Source: a virus (taxonomy: Duplodnaviria > Caudoviricetes). From it: 61,080 nucleotides of DNA. The DNA lies in IMG/VR virus record IMGVR_UViG_3300038829_000267, positions 1-61,080 of that record. The stretch is one strand, 5' to 3'. The notes under the pieces are model-generated. The model ran no database searches, was not told the origin of the DNA, and worked only from the letters and a program-made list of their open reading frames with translations. Each line of letters starts with the position of its first letter. Within the stretch, counting starts at the first letter, position 1. Positions 18,386 to 29,247 of the stretch are shown piece by piece. A program made the position numbers and the translations under genes.

Positions 18386-21300
18386 TGGCTAAGTCGGTCG
18401 AGACCTCAGTCGTCATTCGAATGATCACCTCCTCCGTCAAGGAGGGGGAGGTCGCCGTGCGCGCTGCCATGGAGAGCATGGCGCGCGAAGGCGCGAAGAC
18501 GCAGGCGACCATCATGTCTGTGACCGAGCAGGCCGGTCGGGCTGCTCGCAAACAGGCGGCCGAGACCGACCGGGTCCGCCGCTCCTACGAGGACCTGGCT
18601 TCTCGACTCGACCCGGTCATCGGCAAGCAGCTGGCGCTCGCCAAGGCGACCGAGACGCTGGCCAAGGCCGAGAAGGCGGGCCTCGTCTCGAGCGAGGAGC
18701 GCTCGCGCTACCTCAAGCTCGCGCAGACCGAGTTCGGCGCCACCAGCGAGGGCGCCAGGGGTCTCGCGCGCAACGTCCTCAGCACGGTCGCCCCATGGCT
18801 GAGTCTCTTCGGTGCTGTGCAGCTCGGCTCCTCAGCCCTTCGTCAGGCGCGGGATGAGGCGCAGCAGCTGCGCTCGACGAACGCGCAGCTCGAGGCGGGC
18901 TTGAAGTCGACCGGCAACCAGGTCGGCTACACGGTGACGCAGCTTGGCGAAATGGCGCGGGGCCTCGAGGACGTCTCCACCGCCGACGACGCAACCATCG
19001 GGGGCGCGCTCAGTGTCCTCCTGACGTTCACCAAGATTGGGCACGACGCCTTCCCACAGGCAGCACAGGCCGCGCTCGACCTCTCGACCCGCATGGGCGG
19101 CGATCTCTCGAGCGCAGCCGTCCAGGTCGGCAAGGCCCTCCAGGATCCCGTCAACGGCATCACGGCCCTCAAGAAGCAGGGCATCAGCTTCGCGGCCGAA
19201 CAGCAAACCGTCATCGAGCGCCTGGTCAAGACGGGCGACGTAGCGGGTGCTCAGGCAGTCATCCTGAAGGAGCTGTCCGTCGAGGTGGGAGGCAGCGCCG
19301 CCGCTGCTCGCGCGGCCGCGGGCGGCGTGTTCGAGCTGGGCAAGGCTGGCGAGGACAGCTCAAAGCTGATCGGTGCGCAGCTCCTACCGGTGCTGGATGA
19401 GCTCGGGGCCAGCCTCGCCTCGAGGCTTCCTGCCGCGACCGAGGTCTTCTTGGGGGCATTCAGGGGCGTCAGCGATGTCCTGACCACCGTCCCGGGCAAG
19501 ATCGCGGCCGTCTCCCTTGGCCTGGCCGGGATGCAGGGCGCCTTCACGGTCGTCACGGCGTTCGTCGCTGCGAACCCGTTTGGCGCCCTGGCACTCGGGA
19601 TCGGGGCCGTCGGGCTGGCTCTGAACGCTTTGGTCACGAGGTGGGGGGCTGCCTCGTCGGCCGCGATCGACAACGACGTCGCCGTCACGAACGCCGCGGG
19701 CTCGATCGTCGGCCTGGCGCAGGCAGCCAAGGCCGGCGCCCCGGTCACCCAGGCCCTGTTCGACCAGGCCAAGGCCGGCGCCGACAAGCTGCGAACGAGC
19801 GTCGAGGCCGTCACCAAGCGACTGGCCGACCTCCGCGAGGAGCGCGCCAGGATGGCGAGCGCCTTCGGCGAAGGAAGCGTCGAGGTTGGTCGGGTCGACA
19901 TCCAGATCAACGCCAGCTCGGAGGAGCTGCGGAGTCTCCAGACGAATCTCAACAACCTGTCGGGCCTGCTCCGACAGGTGAAGGTCGACGCCGGCGCCGT
20001 CGGCGCGGCCATGATGGGGCCAGGCTCCCCGAGCGAGGGATTCCGCGAGCTCACCAAGGACCTCGAAAGCCAGATCGCCGAGCAGCAGAAGCTGCGCAGC
20101 GCCTGGGCCCAGGGCCAAGGCGCTGGCGACCGCATGGCGCGCGAAGTCGCGATCGCACGCGAGGTTGCAGAGGCGACCAAAGGGCTCACCGAGAGCGAAG
20201 CTGGCTACGTCGAGAGCCTGATCCGCCGCCGGGCCGCCCTCGAGGGGCAGGTCGCTGCTGAGCGCGAGCACCAGGAGCTGGTCAAGCAGACGGCCGCCGA
20301 CTTCAAGGCGCTCGAAGAGCGACTCGACCCGGCTGTCGCCGCGCAGCGCCGGTTCGACGAGGGGTTCACCAAGCTCACCGCCCAGCTCGCGGCTGGCGAG
20401 CTCCCCCTCGAGCGGTACCTGCTCCTCACCGCCAAGCTCCGCGACGAGCTCTATCCCGACACTGCCGGCCAGGGCAACTCCCTGGCCGACGAGCTGGCTC
20501 GCCTGCGGGCAGAGCAGCTGCGCGGCGCGATCGACGCCAGCAACCCCGGCGATGCCCTGCAGGGCGGTGGCTTCGGGGCGAAGATCCTGGCCGAGCTCCG
20601 CGAGCGGCAGAAGCTCGAGGAGAAGGCCAAGAAGACCGGCGAGGACCGGCTCAAGGACCAGCGCAAGGAGATCGACAACTGGTACGCGCTGGGCCAGATC
20701 GTTGCCGACGCCTTCAGCACCATGGACGAGGGCCTCGGCCGGGCGATCGGGCAGAGCGCCGCCCTGGCCGCCAACATCGCGGACGCCTACGCATCTTGGA
20801 AGGCCAGCGGCGGCAAGAACGGGTACAGCGCCGAGGGCGTCGCCGGCGGCATGCAAACCGGGCAGCAGGTGGGCAGCCTCGGCGAGCAGTTCGGCGCCTG
20901 GCAGGGCCAGCGCGGCGCCGGGCAGTACGGCGGCACCCTCTCGGGCGACTACGGCTCCACGGGGTCGATGGTCGGCGGTGCGATCGGCTCCTACTTTGGC
21001 CCAGTTGGCGGCCTGATCGGGAGCCTTCTCGGTGGCGTGATCGGCGGAGCCATCAAGACCGGCGCCGACGAGGGCCTCGGGCAGCTGCGCGACATCGGCA
21101 ACGACGTCGCCCTCCGCATCACGAGCGACGAGGGGGGACTGGGCAGCGTCGTCGCACGCATCGGGAACGCGATCGCCTCCGGGCTGGGGCGTATTTCAGA
21201 GGTCACCGGCGGGCTCTTCGCCAACATTCCGGATATCGACATCAAGGTCCGGGACGACGTCGTCTCGATCTTCGTCAACGGGATCGTCCGGCGGTTCAAG

Positions 21301-24300
21301 GACGTCAACGAGGCGATCGCCTTCGGCATCAACGAGGCGTTGCGCAGCGCCGACACCTCGGGACTGTCCGACAACCAGCAGCAGATCCTCCGCTACGCCG
21401 CCGCTCGCAACGCCGCCTCCCAGGCCGGCGGCCTGGCGAGCGAGGTTTCGCTCGACGACGTCACCAAGGGGCTCGACTTCGCGAAGTTGGTCGACCGGAT
21501 GGGCCTCGGCTCGATCGGGACCAAGCTGGCCAACGACATCGAGACGACGCGCAGGCAGCTGGCCGACGCCATCAAGTACGGCTTCGCGACCGAGGAAATC
21601 CAGAAGATCAAGGACCAGCTGGTGGGCTCGTTCCGCGACGTCCGAGAAGGCCTGTCGACGGAACTGGCAAACCTCTCGGGCACCTCCACCCAGGCCGGCG
21701 ACGCCGTGCTTGGTTGGTCCAAGCACGTCGACGACCTGCTGAAGGGCATTCGCGAGTACAACGCTGCCCTCACCCAACAGGCGGCGAAGGAGCGCGAGCG
21801 AGTCGCGGCCATTCATGCCGAGATCGCGGCCCAGACCCAGGCCGCGGCCGCCGCGCGCGCGAACGCAGCGCGCCTGCTCGCTGAAAGTCCCGACCCCGCC
21901 ACCGGCGGGCACGGCGGCCCTCGGACGCCTGGCGGCGGAGCTGGCGACGACGGCAGCCCCGGGACTGGAACCGGCACTGGTCCGACGCCATACCAGGAGC
22001 AGATCCTCGCGGCGCAGGCCGCCGACGAGGCGATCCGCCAGCTCACGGCCGAGCTCGACGGGCTCGGGGCGACCTCGGAGCAGACGGCGATCGACGTCAA
22101 CACGTCGATCCTCGCGCTCATTCACGGTAGCTCCCGGATCTTCGACGACTTCACGGCTCAGTTCCTTGATGGGCCGGTCGAGGCCTTCAACCGCCAGATC
22201 GAGCAATTCGGCGAGTACCGCGACGCCGCCAGCGACGTCTACGACGAGAACCTCCGGATCGCCGAGACCGACGAGCAGCGCTCGGCCGCCGCCACGGAGT
22301 TGCAGCACAGCCTCGACGAGCTCGCCGCAGCTCAGGACGCCTATCTGAAGTCGGTGGCCGACACCGCCCAGCTGGACCTCTTCAGCGGCCTCGCCGGCTT
22401 GCTGGCCGAGGGGCCGCAAAAGGAAGAGGCGATGCGCCGGTCGGCCGAGCTGCGCTACGACCTCGCGCGCGCCGAGCTGCGACTCAAGTACGAGGAGCTG
22501 AAGCTCGCCAACGAGAAGTACAAGGCCGAGCACGACGGCGTCCAACTGATCGCCCAGTCGACCCTCGACTGGATCAACGACACGCTGAACAGCCTCCCGG
22601 AGGACAAGGGCACCGGGGACGGGGGTGGCGACAGCGGCAACGGCTCGGGCGGCGGGCGCGGCGGCGGTGGCCGGCGCGACGCCCGCGAGAACCTCCTCGG
22701 GCAGCTCTCTGACGCGATGCGCGGCCCGCTCGGTACCTGGCAGAAGCAGGTGGCCGATTGGAAGCAGCAGACCGAGGACTGGCTGAAGGAAGCCAAGCGT
22801 CTCGGCATCTCGCTCGACGACGTGCGCAAGGCGAGCGAGGAAGTGCGCAAGCGGATGGCGGCCGACGCCCAGGCCCAGATCGACCAGATGATCCACCCGT
22901 CATCCTCGGCGGGAAAGCAGGTCATCGACCTCAAAAAGTGGCGCGCCGACCTCGACAAGGTGGCCAAGGAGCTCGGGCTCTCGGGCGCCGAGATCGCACA
23001 GGCCTACCGCGCCCAGTTCCGCCGGATCGTTGCCGAGGTACGCCAGGGCGTCGCCGAGTACGCCAACGTCTTCGGCGAGGGCGGGCTCAAGATCGCCTTG
23101 CTCGACAACGCCCGCCAGGCCGATGACCTGCGGCACAGCCTCGAGGACCTGAAGAAGGAGAACCCGCTCCTCGACATCACGGCCGACATGGAGGCGGTGA
23201 ACGAGGCTGAGCGCGAGCGCGCCCGGTTGCTCACTCAGCAGGCGAAGATCGGGGCCCTCGAGGGTCTCGACAAGTGGGTCGACGATGCGCGGTTGTCGAC
23301 CGAGCTCACGAAGCTCAAGGGGCAGCTTGAGATCGAGCAGCTGCGGGCCCAGATCGAAGGCTTGATCGTGGCTGGCCGGCTCGATGCCGAGCACCAGGCG
23401 CTTTACCTCGGGTGGCTCGACGAGGCCGAACGGAAGATCAGGGAGGCGTACAACGATCCCCCGCCAGGGGATCCCCCGCCGCCGATCGACACCAGCGGCG
23501 TCGAGGAGCAGATCGCCGGAATCTTCGACCCCACCGGAGGGCTGCGCGGCCGCATCGGCCAGATGCGGAAGGACTTCGATGGCATCCAGAAGGCCATCAA
23601 GGATCTGCACCTGCCGACGGCAGAAGAGACCCGGCTTCTCGCCGAGCTCGACGGCCAAATGGCTCGGTCCCGCGAAGCTGCCGGGCTCGAGGAGACGGCT
23701 GGGCTCTTCGAGGGCATTGCCCAGTACCTGCAGGACGGCACCGAGAAAGAGGAGTTGCTCCGTCGCGCCGCCGAGATTCGCTTCGACATGGAGCGCGCCT
23801 CGATGCAGGCGCGCCTCGACCTGCTGGTCGCCGAGCACCTCATCACCACTGAGAACCAGGCGCTCATCCAGAAGGGCCTGGACTGGATGCTCGAGCACCG
23901 CGACGAGATCCTCAGCGGGTTCGGCAGCAGCGGCGGGAGCGGTGGCGGTGGCGGTGGGTCAAGCAACTATGACGACGCCCAGGGTCTGATCGACAGCCTC
24001 CGCGGCATGCTCACGTCCGACCTGCCGGACGTGCAGCAGCGCTTCGCCGACCTCGACCTCGAGTTCGAGCGGATCCGCGAGCAGGCAGCGGCCCTCAACT
24101 TGGATCGGCTGCTTGGGCCTGGCGGCGGCGCGGCCCTCATCGACGAAGCCTACGCCGCCCGCATTCGCGCGCTGTGGGACGAGATCCTCCAGCCCCTCGA
24201 CGAGTTCGTGCACGGGCTCGACCTGTCTGCCCTCTCGCCGCTGACGCCGCAACAGCGGCTGGCCGAGGCCGCCAGCCAGTTCAACACCACCGCGCAGGCC

Positions 24301-24780
24301 GCCCTCGCCGGCGACGCCACTGCCGCCTCTCAGCTCGCCCAGATGGCGCAGCAGTACCTCCAGGAGGCCCAGGGTCTCGGCACCTCGACCGCGGCTTACC
24401 AGGCGATCTATGCCCAGGTCCTGGCGATCTCCCAGCAGGTACTGGCGATGCATGCCGGCGTGACCACGGTCCCGACGCCGATCGGCGCCCCGGCGGGCGG
24501 CGGTCCTGGCTCGAACGTGCTGTTGTTCCCCAGCCTCCCGGCCGGAAGCTCCTCGCCGACGTCGGTGGCCGCCGGCTACGAGCTCAGCATGCGGACCGAC
24601 GGTGCCATCACCGCGGCGATCAACCGCTTTGCCAACCAGAACCACGAGGATCTGCGCGACGTCCGCGGCGTGCTGGTCGACATTCGCGGCGTGCTGCAGG
24701 CGTCGACCGCGAATCGCAACTCTGCGCACGACCGGCTGATCGGCGGCGTCCAGCAGGTGGGCCTCCGGGGGCGGAGATAG
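18385..24780 (+). CDS. tail tape measure protein
   Basis: 2131-aa helical Ala-rich protein; LLTFTKIG, AAVQVGKALQDPVNGITAL motifs; follows chaperones. Confidence 0.95.
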   Translation: MAKSVETSVVIRMITSSVKEGEVAVRAAMESMAREGAKTQATIMSVTEQAGRAARKQAAETDRVRRSYEDLASRLDPVIGKQLALAKATETLAKAEKAGLVSSEERSRYLKLAQTEFGATSEGARGLARNVLSTVAPWLSLFGAVQLGSSALRQARDEAQQLRSTNAQLEAGLKSTGNQVGYTVTQLGEMARGLEDVSTADDATIGGALSVLLTFTKIGHDAFPQAAQAALDLSTRMGGDLSSAAVQVGKALQDPVNGITALKKQGISFAAEQQTVIERLVKTGDVAGAQAVILKELSVEVGGSAAAARAAAGGVFELGKAGEDSSKLIGAQLLPVLDELGASLASRLPAATEVFLGAFRGVSDVLTTVPGKIAAVSLGLAGMQGAFTVVTAFVAANPFGALALGIGAVGLALNALVTRWGAASSAAIDNDVAVTNAAGSIVGLAQAAKAGAPVTQALFDQAKAGADKLRTSVEAVTKRLADLREERARMASAFGEGSVEVGRVDIQINASSEELRSLQTNLNNLSGLLRQVKVDAGAVGAAMMGPGSPSEGFRELTKDLESQIAEQQKLRSAWAQGQGAGDRMAREVAIAREVAEATKGLTESEAGYVESLIRRRAALEGQVAAEREHQELVKQTAADFKALEERLDPAVAAQRRFDEGFTKLTAQLAAGELPLERYLLLTAKLRDELYPDTAGQGNSLADELARLRAEQLRGAIDASNPGDALQGGGFGAKILAELRERQKLEEKAKKTGEDRLKDQRKEIDNWYALGQIVADAFSTMDEGLGRAIGQSAALAANIADAYASWKASGGKNGYSAEGVAGGMQTGQQVGSLGEQFGAWQGQRGAGQYGGTLSGDYGSTGSMVGGAIGSYFGPVGGLIGSLLGGVIGGAIKTGADEGLGQLRDIGNDVALRITSDEGGLGSVVARIGNAIASGLGRISEVTGGLFANIPDIDIKVRDDVVSIFVNGIVRRFKDVNEAIAFGINEALRSADTSGLSDNQQQILRYAAARNAASQAGGLASEVSLDDVTKGLDFAKLVDRMGLGSIGTKLANDIETTRRQLADAIKYGFATEEIQKIKDQLVGSFRDVREGLSTELANLSGTSTQAGDAVLGWSKHVDDLLKGIREYNAALTQQAAKERERVAAIHAEIAAQTQAAAAARANAARLLAESPDPATGGHGGPRTPGGGAGDDGSPGTGTGTGPTPYQEQILAAQAADEAIRQLTAELDGLGATSEQTAIDVNTSILALIHGSSRIFDDFTAQFLDGPVEAFNRQIEQFGEYRDAASDVYDENLRIAETDEQRSAAATELQHSLDELAAAQDAYLKSVADTAQLDLFSGLAGLLAEGPQKEEAMRRSAELRYDLARAELRLKYEELKLANEKYKAEHDGVQLIAQSTLDWINDTLNSLPEDKGTGDGGGDSGNGSGGGRGGGGRRDARENLLGQLSDAMRGPLGTWQKQVADWKQQTEDWLKEAKRLGISLDDVRKASEEVRKRMAADAQAQIDQMIHPSSSAGKQVIDLKKWRADLDKVAKELGLSGAEIAQAYRAQFRRIVAEVRQGVAEYANVFGEGGLKIALLDNARQADDLRHSLEDLKKENPLLDITADMEAVNEAERERARLLTQQAKIGALEGLDKWVDDARLSTELTKLKGQLEIEQLRAQIEGLIVAGRLDAEHQALYLGWLDEAERKIREAYNDPPPGDPPPPIDTSGVEEQIAGIFDPTGGLRGRIGQMRKDFDGIQKAIKDLHLPTAEETRLLAELDGQMARSREAAGLEETAGLFEGIAQYLQDGTEKEELLRRAAEIRFDMERASMQARLDLLVAEHLITTENQALIQKGLDWMLEHRDEILSGFGSSGGSGGGGGGSSNYDDAQGLIDSLRGMLTSDLPDVQQRFADLDLEFERIREQAAALNLDRLLGPGGGAALIDEAYAARIRALWDEILQPLDEFVHGLDLSALSPLTPQQRLAEAASQFNTTAQAALAGDATAASQLAQMAQQYLQEAQGLGTSTAAYQAIYAQVLAISQQVLAMHAGVTTVPTPIGAPAGGGPGSNVLLFPSLPAGSSSPTSVAAGYELSMRTDGAITAAINRFANQNHEDLRDVRGVLVDIRGVLQASTANRNSAHDRLIGGVQQVGLRGRR

Positions 24781-24783
24781 GCC

Positions 24784-27777
24784 GTGGCGATCACCAACGG
24801 CCTCGACCGCTTCTTCGCCGACCCGGAGCGTGTCGAGCAGTGGCACGTCCAGTTCGGCGCCTACGACCCGGCAACCGATGGCGAGGTGACGCACGGGTTC
24901 GCCTACAACGGCGACGAGACCGGCTACCCGGCCGTCATCGCCAGCATCACCCCCTACCAGGTGGAGGCGCTAGCGAGTCGCGACCTGCTCGGCCTCGTTG
25001 CCGACCCGGTTCGCGCCAGCGGCGGCGGCGTCATCCGCTTGCTCAACGACCGTGGGCGCCTCGACTACCTGCGGACCAAGGGCTACATCTTCGACGGGCG
25101 CGCCGTCACCATCTGGGCCGGCGGCTACTTCTCGGACGGCACCGAGCAGGTCATGGCTCCCGTGCGACTCGGGATCATCGTTTCGGTCGACGTAGGCATC
25201 ACCGAGGTGGTGGTCACGTTCCGCGACCTCGGCGAGCGCCTGGAGCGGCCGGCGTCGCCACGGCGCTTCCACGGCTCGGACTGGGCGCTCTATTTCAACG
25301 GCGGGGACCGCGTCTCGATCGGCACGCCGACCAACCTGCAGCTCTCCGGCTACGGGGCGGTGACGTGGTTCTGTCGGTTCAGGGTCAAGACGCTGGCGAG
25401 CCAGAACGGCATTGCGTCCTGGCGGACCAACAACGGCGGCGTCACCACCGCCTGGCCGTGGTCCTTCGGGGTCAACGTCACGACCGGGAAGGTCTTCTTT
25501 TCGCACAGCGGCGCCACTACCTTGCAGACCACGGCAACGTGCTCGACCGAGGTCGTCTACGTCCTCGCGGTGACTGCCAACGGGACGACCGTCACCGTGC
25601 GCCTTGTCGACATGTTCGCGGCAGAGCTGACCGTCAACCGCGAGGCACTGACGCTGACGTCTGGCAACCGGCCGGCTCCTGCCGGCGGCACGCCGCAGCT
25701 CTGGCTCGCGTCCCACAACGGCACCGACGCCGGCGGGCTGGTCCTCGACTGGCTCTACGTCGCCGACGGCGAGACCACGGACGGAGAGGTGCTCGAGCTG
25801 GCGCGCCGGCAGCTCTCGGCGGCCGAGCTCGGCGACGTGCGGTTCTACGGCGCCTGGCGGATCGAGGATGGCTCCGGGACCACGATCGCCGACGCTTCGG
25901 CCAACGGCTACACCGGCACGTTTGCCGGCTCGCCTGCGTGGGTGAAGAGTCTCGAGGGCGGCGCCTCTCTCGAGGGTACGGCGAAGCGCGACTACTGGGG
26001 CCGCGTCGAGCGCGCCGAGTGCGTGCTGGTGGACTCCTTCACCCGGATCTATCTCGTCAGTGGGTACAAGTCGAGCGCCATCAACGGGGTCACGGAGGGC
26101 GGCGCGGCCGACACATTCGGCACTGCCTACACCGACCAGGAGACGTTCCTCGCGGCCACGACCACGGCTGCGCAGTACGACACCCTGATTTGGGCCGGCG
26201 GGACCTTCATCCGGTTGGGCTCGGACGCGACCAGGCCCTTGGCTGTCGACATCAGCGGGTCGCTCGACCACCTGGGGTCGTTCGCGTCGACTCCGGCCGA
26301 GATCATCACTGCCGTCTGGAACACGCGCGTGCCGAGCTTCCCGGCTTTCGGCGGCGGGGTGGGCGTCGACCTGGACGTGTCGGCCGATCTCACCGCGGCG
26401 CCGCAAGCGCTTGGCATTCCCGTCGGCGAGGACTGGTCGCTGCGGGACCTCATCGGCGCCGTGCTGCGCAGTGTCGGCGGCATGGCCTGGTGGTCGAGGG
26501 TGGATACCTCCACCCTCTACTGCAAGCTCACGTGCAAGCTCTTCACGGCTCTGCCGGCGACAGGCTACTCGGTGGCGACCACCCTGCAGGTCTCTCCAGG
26601 CGTCCCGGAGCCCCAGCAGTTAGACCCGCCGCCGGCCGCGCTCGTCGGGACCTACAAGCCCAATCCGGTGCCTCTGACGCCCGAGCAACAGTCGACGGCA
26701 ATCATGTTGACCGCCGCACAGCGCGACCTCGAGCTCGGGGTGCAGACCGCGACTCAGTACATCGAGATGAAGCGGCTCACCGGTGCGGTGCAGACGGTCG
26801 ACACATACCTGACGACGCGGGCCGATGCTCAGGCCGAGCTCCGCCGCCAGGCCGCCTTCTTTCGCCGCGGCGTGCCGCAGTTGCTCAAGCTGCCCGCGCC
26901 GGCGAACGCCTACGTGGTCGACATGCTCGACTTCGTTCGGTGGGCGTACGTCGACGCCGACGAGGGCGGCAACCTGCAATCGCGCCTGAACATCGGCCGG
27001 CCCGGGCGGTGCCAGTCGTACCTCCTCAACGGCACGTCATCGCAGATCTCGCTCGGGACCACGATCACCGCCCTGGCCGAGTTCACCGTCGAGGTTGTGT
27101 TCCGGTGCACCCTGCCGGCGTCCGGGTTCCGTGTTTTGTCGGCGCGCCAGAACAGCAGCTCCGACCGCAACTGGTGGCTCGGGCTGTGGGACGCCGGCAC
27201 TGCCGGCAACCAGGGCGGCGCACTCGTCGCGCGCTGGTCGGCCGGTGGCGTCGTCGGCAACCTCGCGATCCCGTGTGACATCCGCGACCTTGACTGGCAC
27301 ACGGCGACCCTCGCGTTCAACGACAAGGCCGCTGCCAGCCTCTGCCTCGACGGGATCTCGGTCGCGACCCGCACGGACGGACTGACCGTCGACAGCGCCG
27401 CCGGCGCCACGACCTACATCGGGTCGGAGGGCGGCTCCCGCTTCTGGGCCGGCGACATCGCCGAGTTCCGGCTGTGGAACTACGCCCGTTCGGCAGACGA
27501 GGTCTGGCGCTACCGGCATGGCCTGCCGGCATCGGCGGTCGACTCCTCGTTGCTCTCCTGGCTGCGGTTCACCGGTGGCAGCGGGGCCGGTGTTGCGTCG
27601 CCCGTCACCCCGATCGACCGCGGCAGCCTGGGCGTGGTGCCGTCGCTCACCGCGTGCACCGCCTACGACTACGGGCCGGCCTGGTACGACGCCTGGCGGG
27701 TTGTCGGGATCAGCGACAACAACGACCCGGCCGACGGGTCCGGCGAGGTCGAGCTCGACCTCTGGAGGCCGTGGTGA
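24784..27777 (+). CDS. tail tip protein with two LamG/concanavalin A-like domains
   Basis: ALYFNGGDRVSIG...WRIEDGSGTTIADAS and YLLNGTSSQI...FWAGDIAEFRLWNYARS. Confidence 0.8.
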   Translation: MAITNGLDRFFADPERVEQWHVQFGAYDPATDGEVTHGFAYNGDETGYPAVIASITPYQVEALASRDLLGLVADPVRASGGGVIRLLNDRGRLDYLRTKGYIFDGRAVTIWAGGYFSDGTEQVMAPVRLGIIVSVDVGITEVVVTFRDLGERLERPASPRRFHGSDWALYFNGGDRVSIGTPTNLQLSGYGAVTWFCRFRVKTLASQNGIASWRTNNGGVTTAWPWSFGVNVTTGKVFFSHSGATTLQTTATCSTEVVYVLAVTANGTTVTVRLVDMFAAELTVNREALTLTSGNRPAPAGGTPQLWLASHNGTDAGGLVLDWLYVADGETTDGEVLELARRQLSAAELGDVRFYGAWRIEDGSGTTIADASANGYTGTFAGSPAWVKSLEGGASLEGTAKRDYWGRVERAECVLVDSFTRIYLVSGYKSSAINGVTEGGAADTFGTAYTDQETFLAATTTAAQYDTLIWAGGTFIRLGSDATRPLAVDISGSLDHLGSFASTPAEIITAVWNTRVPSFPAFGGGVGVDLDVSADLTAAPQALGIPVGEDWSLRDLIGAVLRSVGGMAWWSRVDTSTLYCKLTCKLFTALPATGYSVATTLQVSPGVPEPQQLDPPPAALVGTYKPNPVPLTPEQQSTAIMLTAAQRDLELGVQTATQYIEMKRLTGAVQTVDTYLTTRADAQAELRRQAAFFRRGVPQLLKLPAPANAYVVDMLDFVRWAYVDADEGGNLQSRLNIGRPGRCQSYLLNGTSSQISLGTTITALAEFTVEVVFRCTLPASGFRVLSARQNSSSDRNWWLGLWDAGTAGNQGGALVARWSAGGVVGNLAIPCDIRDLDWHTATLAFNDKAAASLCLDGISVATRTDGLTVDSAAGATTYIGSEGGSRFWAGDIAEFRLWNYARSADEVWRYRHGLPASAVDSSLLSWLRFTGGSGAGVASPVTPIDRGSLGVVPSLTACTAYDYGPAWYDAWRVVGISDNNDPADGSGEVELDLWRPW

Positions 27778-29129
27778 CCGACCGCAACGCGATGATCTTC
27801 GGGGCACCGAACCGGCTGCTCAACGCCGCGTTCTCGGGCCCCACCGTCTACACCGATGCCTCGGGCAACTTCCCGAGCAACCGACCCAACGAGGACGCAC
27901 TGTCGTTTGGGAACACGTCGCCCCGGAACACCTGGTTGAAGCTGGTGCCGCCGGTCACGACGTACCCGATGAGCTCGGACGGAATCGGCCTTGTGCACGT
28001 CCCGAGCAGCGCGTCGACCGGCCTCAACGGATGGTCGCCAACGGCGCAGTACCGCGTCATCACCGGGCTCGGAATCACGCCCCGCCTCGAGCGGGTCGCG
28101 CCGAACGCCGTCACGGTGACGAGCTACAGCGGCGCCGTGGGCGACATCGACGAACAGCCGTGGTTCGAGGACACCAGCGCGGCCGTGATGGCGGAGACGG
28201 CGGCCACCGGCCCTACCGTGCTCCTTGTCGACTTCGCGACGCCGGCCAACACGCCGATGGTCGGAGCGAGTCTCCAGTGCTTTGCGGTCGAGGCCAAGTC
28301 CTCGTCGACCTCGCCGAGCTGGACGGTCGAGCTCTACGAGAGCGGATCGCTCAAGGCATCGCTGGGGACCATGAGCTTCACGGCGGCGAACACCTACAAG
28401 AAGTTCGTCTTCTACTGGAACGCGAGCCTGCTGGCCACGGCGAGCGGCGCCAACGCACAGATCCGGATCTCACGCGCCGGGTCGACGCCGTCGGGGACCC
28501 TAAGCGTGGCGGCCGTCGAGTGGATCGCGGACACCTCGTCCGGCGCGATTTCCGAGGACAGCGGCTACGTCACGTTCCCGGCCTGGGACACCGACCCCCT
28601 GCTGGGGTGGACCGACCCGATGCCCTACGGCATCGCGCCGCAGCGCACGATCATGCACATCTGGGCGGCAACCCGGAGCTACGTCGACAACTACGGCGTG
28701 TTCATCCGGGACCCGATCCTCACCGGCAACGACGAGAGCCGGACGCTCGGGACGGTCGTGGCAGGGGAGGCGTGGACGCCGTCCAGGGTCAACTTCGCCC
28801 GCAGCGGGGCCTATGTGAAGTGGCGGGATCCGGCTCAGAGGAAGCGCACGCCTGCTGGGTCCGTGTCCGCCGCGTACCGCCGGCGGTTCCGTGAGCTCAC
28901 GCTGGCGTTCAACTCGTTGCCGAAGAACCAGACTTGGTCGGCATTCGATCGGATCGACGCACGGCTTGGTGCCGGCACCCCGCTTCTGGTCTGCGCGTAC
29001 CCGGACGGAACCCACGTCTACGAGCGCAGCAACACCACCCTGTTCGCGCGGCTCAAGGACGACGCTGAGTTCTCGCACGGCTCCCACCAGCGCACACGCA
29101 GGACCTATGTCTTCGAGGAGGCCTTCTGA
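27774..29129 (+). CDS. putative tail/virion protein
   Basis: Coupled to the previous gene; beta-rich. Confidence 0.7.
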   Translation: MTDRNAMIFGAPNRLLNAAFSGPTVYTDASGNFPSNRPNEDALSFGNTSPRNTWLKLVPPVTTYPMSSDGIGLVHVPSSASTGLNGWSPTAQYRVITGLGITPRLERVAPNAVTVTSYSGAVGDIDEQPWFEDTSAAVMAETAATGPTVLLVDFATPANTPMVGASLQCFAVEAKSSSTSPSWTVELYESGSLKASLGTMSFTAANTYKKFVFYWNASLLATASGANAQIRISRAGSTPSGTLSVAAVEWIADTSSGAISEDSGYVTFPAWDTDPLLGWTDPMPYGIAPQRTIMHIWAATRSYVDNYGVFIRDPILTGNDESRTLGTVVAGEAWTPSRVNFARSGAYVKWRDPAQRKRTPAGSVSAAYRRRFRELTLAFNSLPKNQTWSAFDRIDARLGAGTPLLVCAYPDGTHVYERSNTTLFARLKDDAEFSHGSHQRTRRTYVFEEAF

Positions 29130-29247
29130 TGGGCACCTCCTCTCACGGAATGACAAGGGGCGGTTCCCTTTCCGAAGGCGCGTCGTCCGCCCCGGCCCGC
29201 GTGGCCTCCTCCAGCGGCGCGCCTGACTTCTTCCTGGAGACGCACGC

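Noticed and set aside
24174-27278. 1034-aa plus-strand ORF overlapping tail genes
   Set aside because: Arg/Pro-rich off-frame translation overlapping motif-bearing genes
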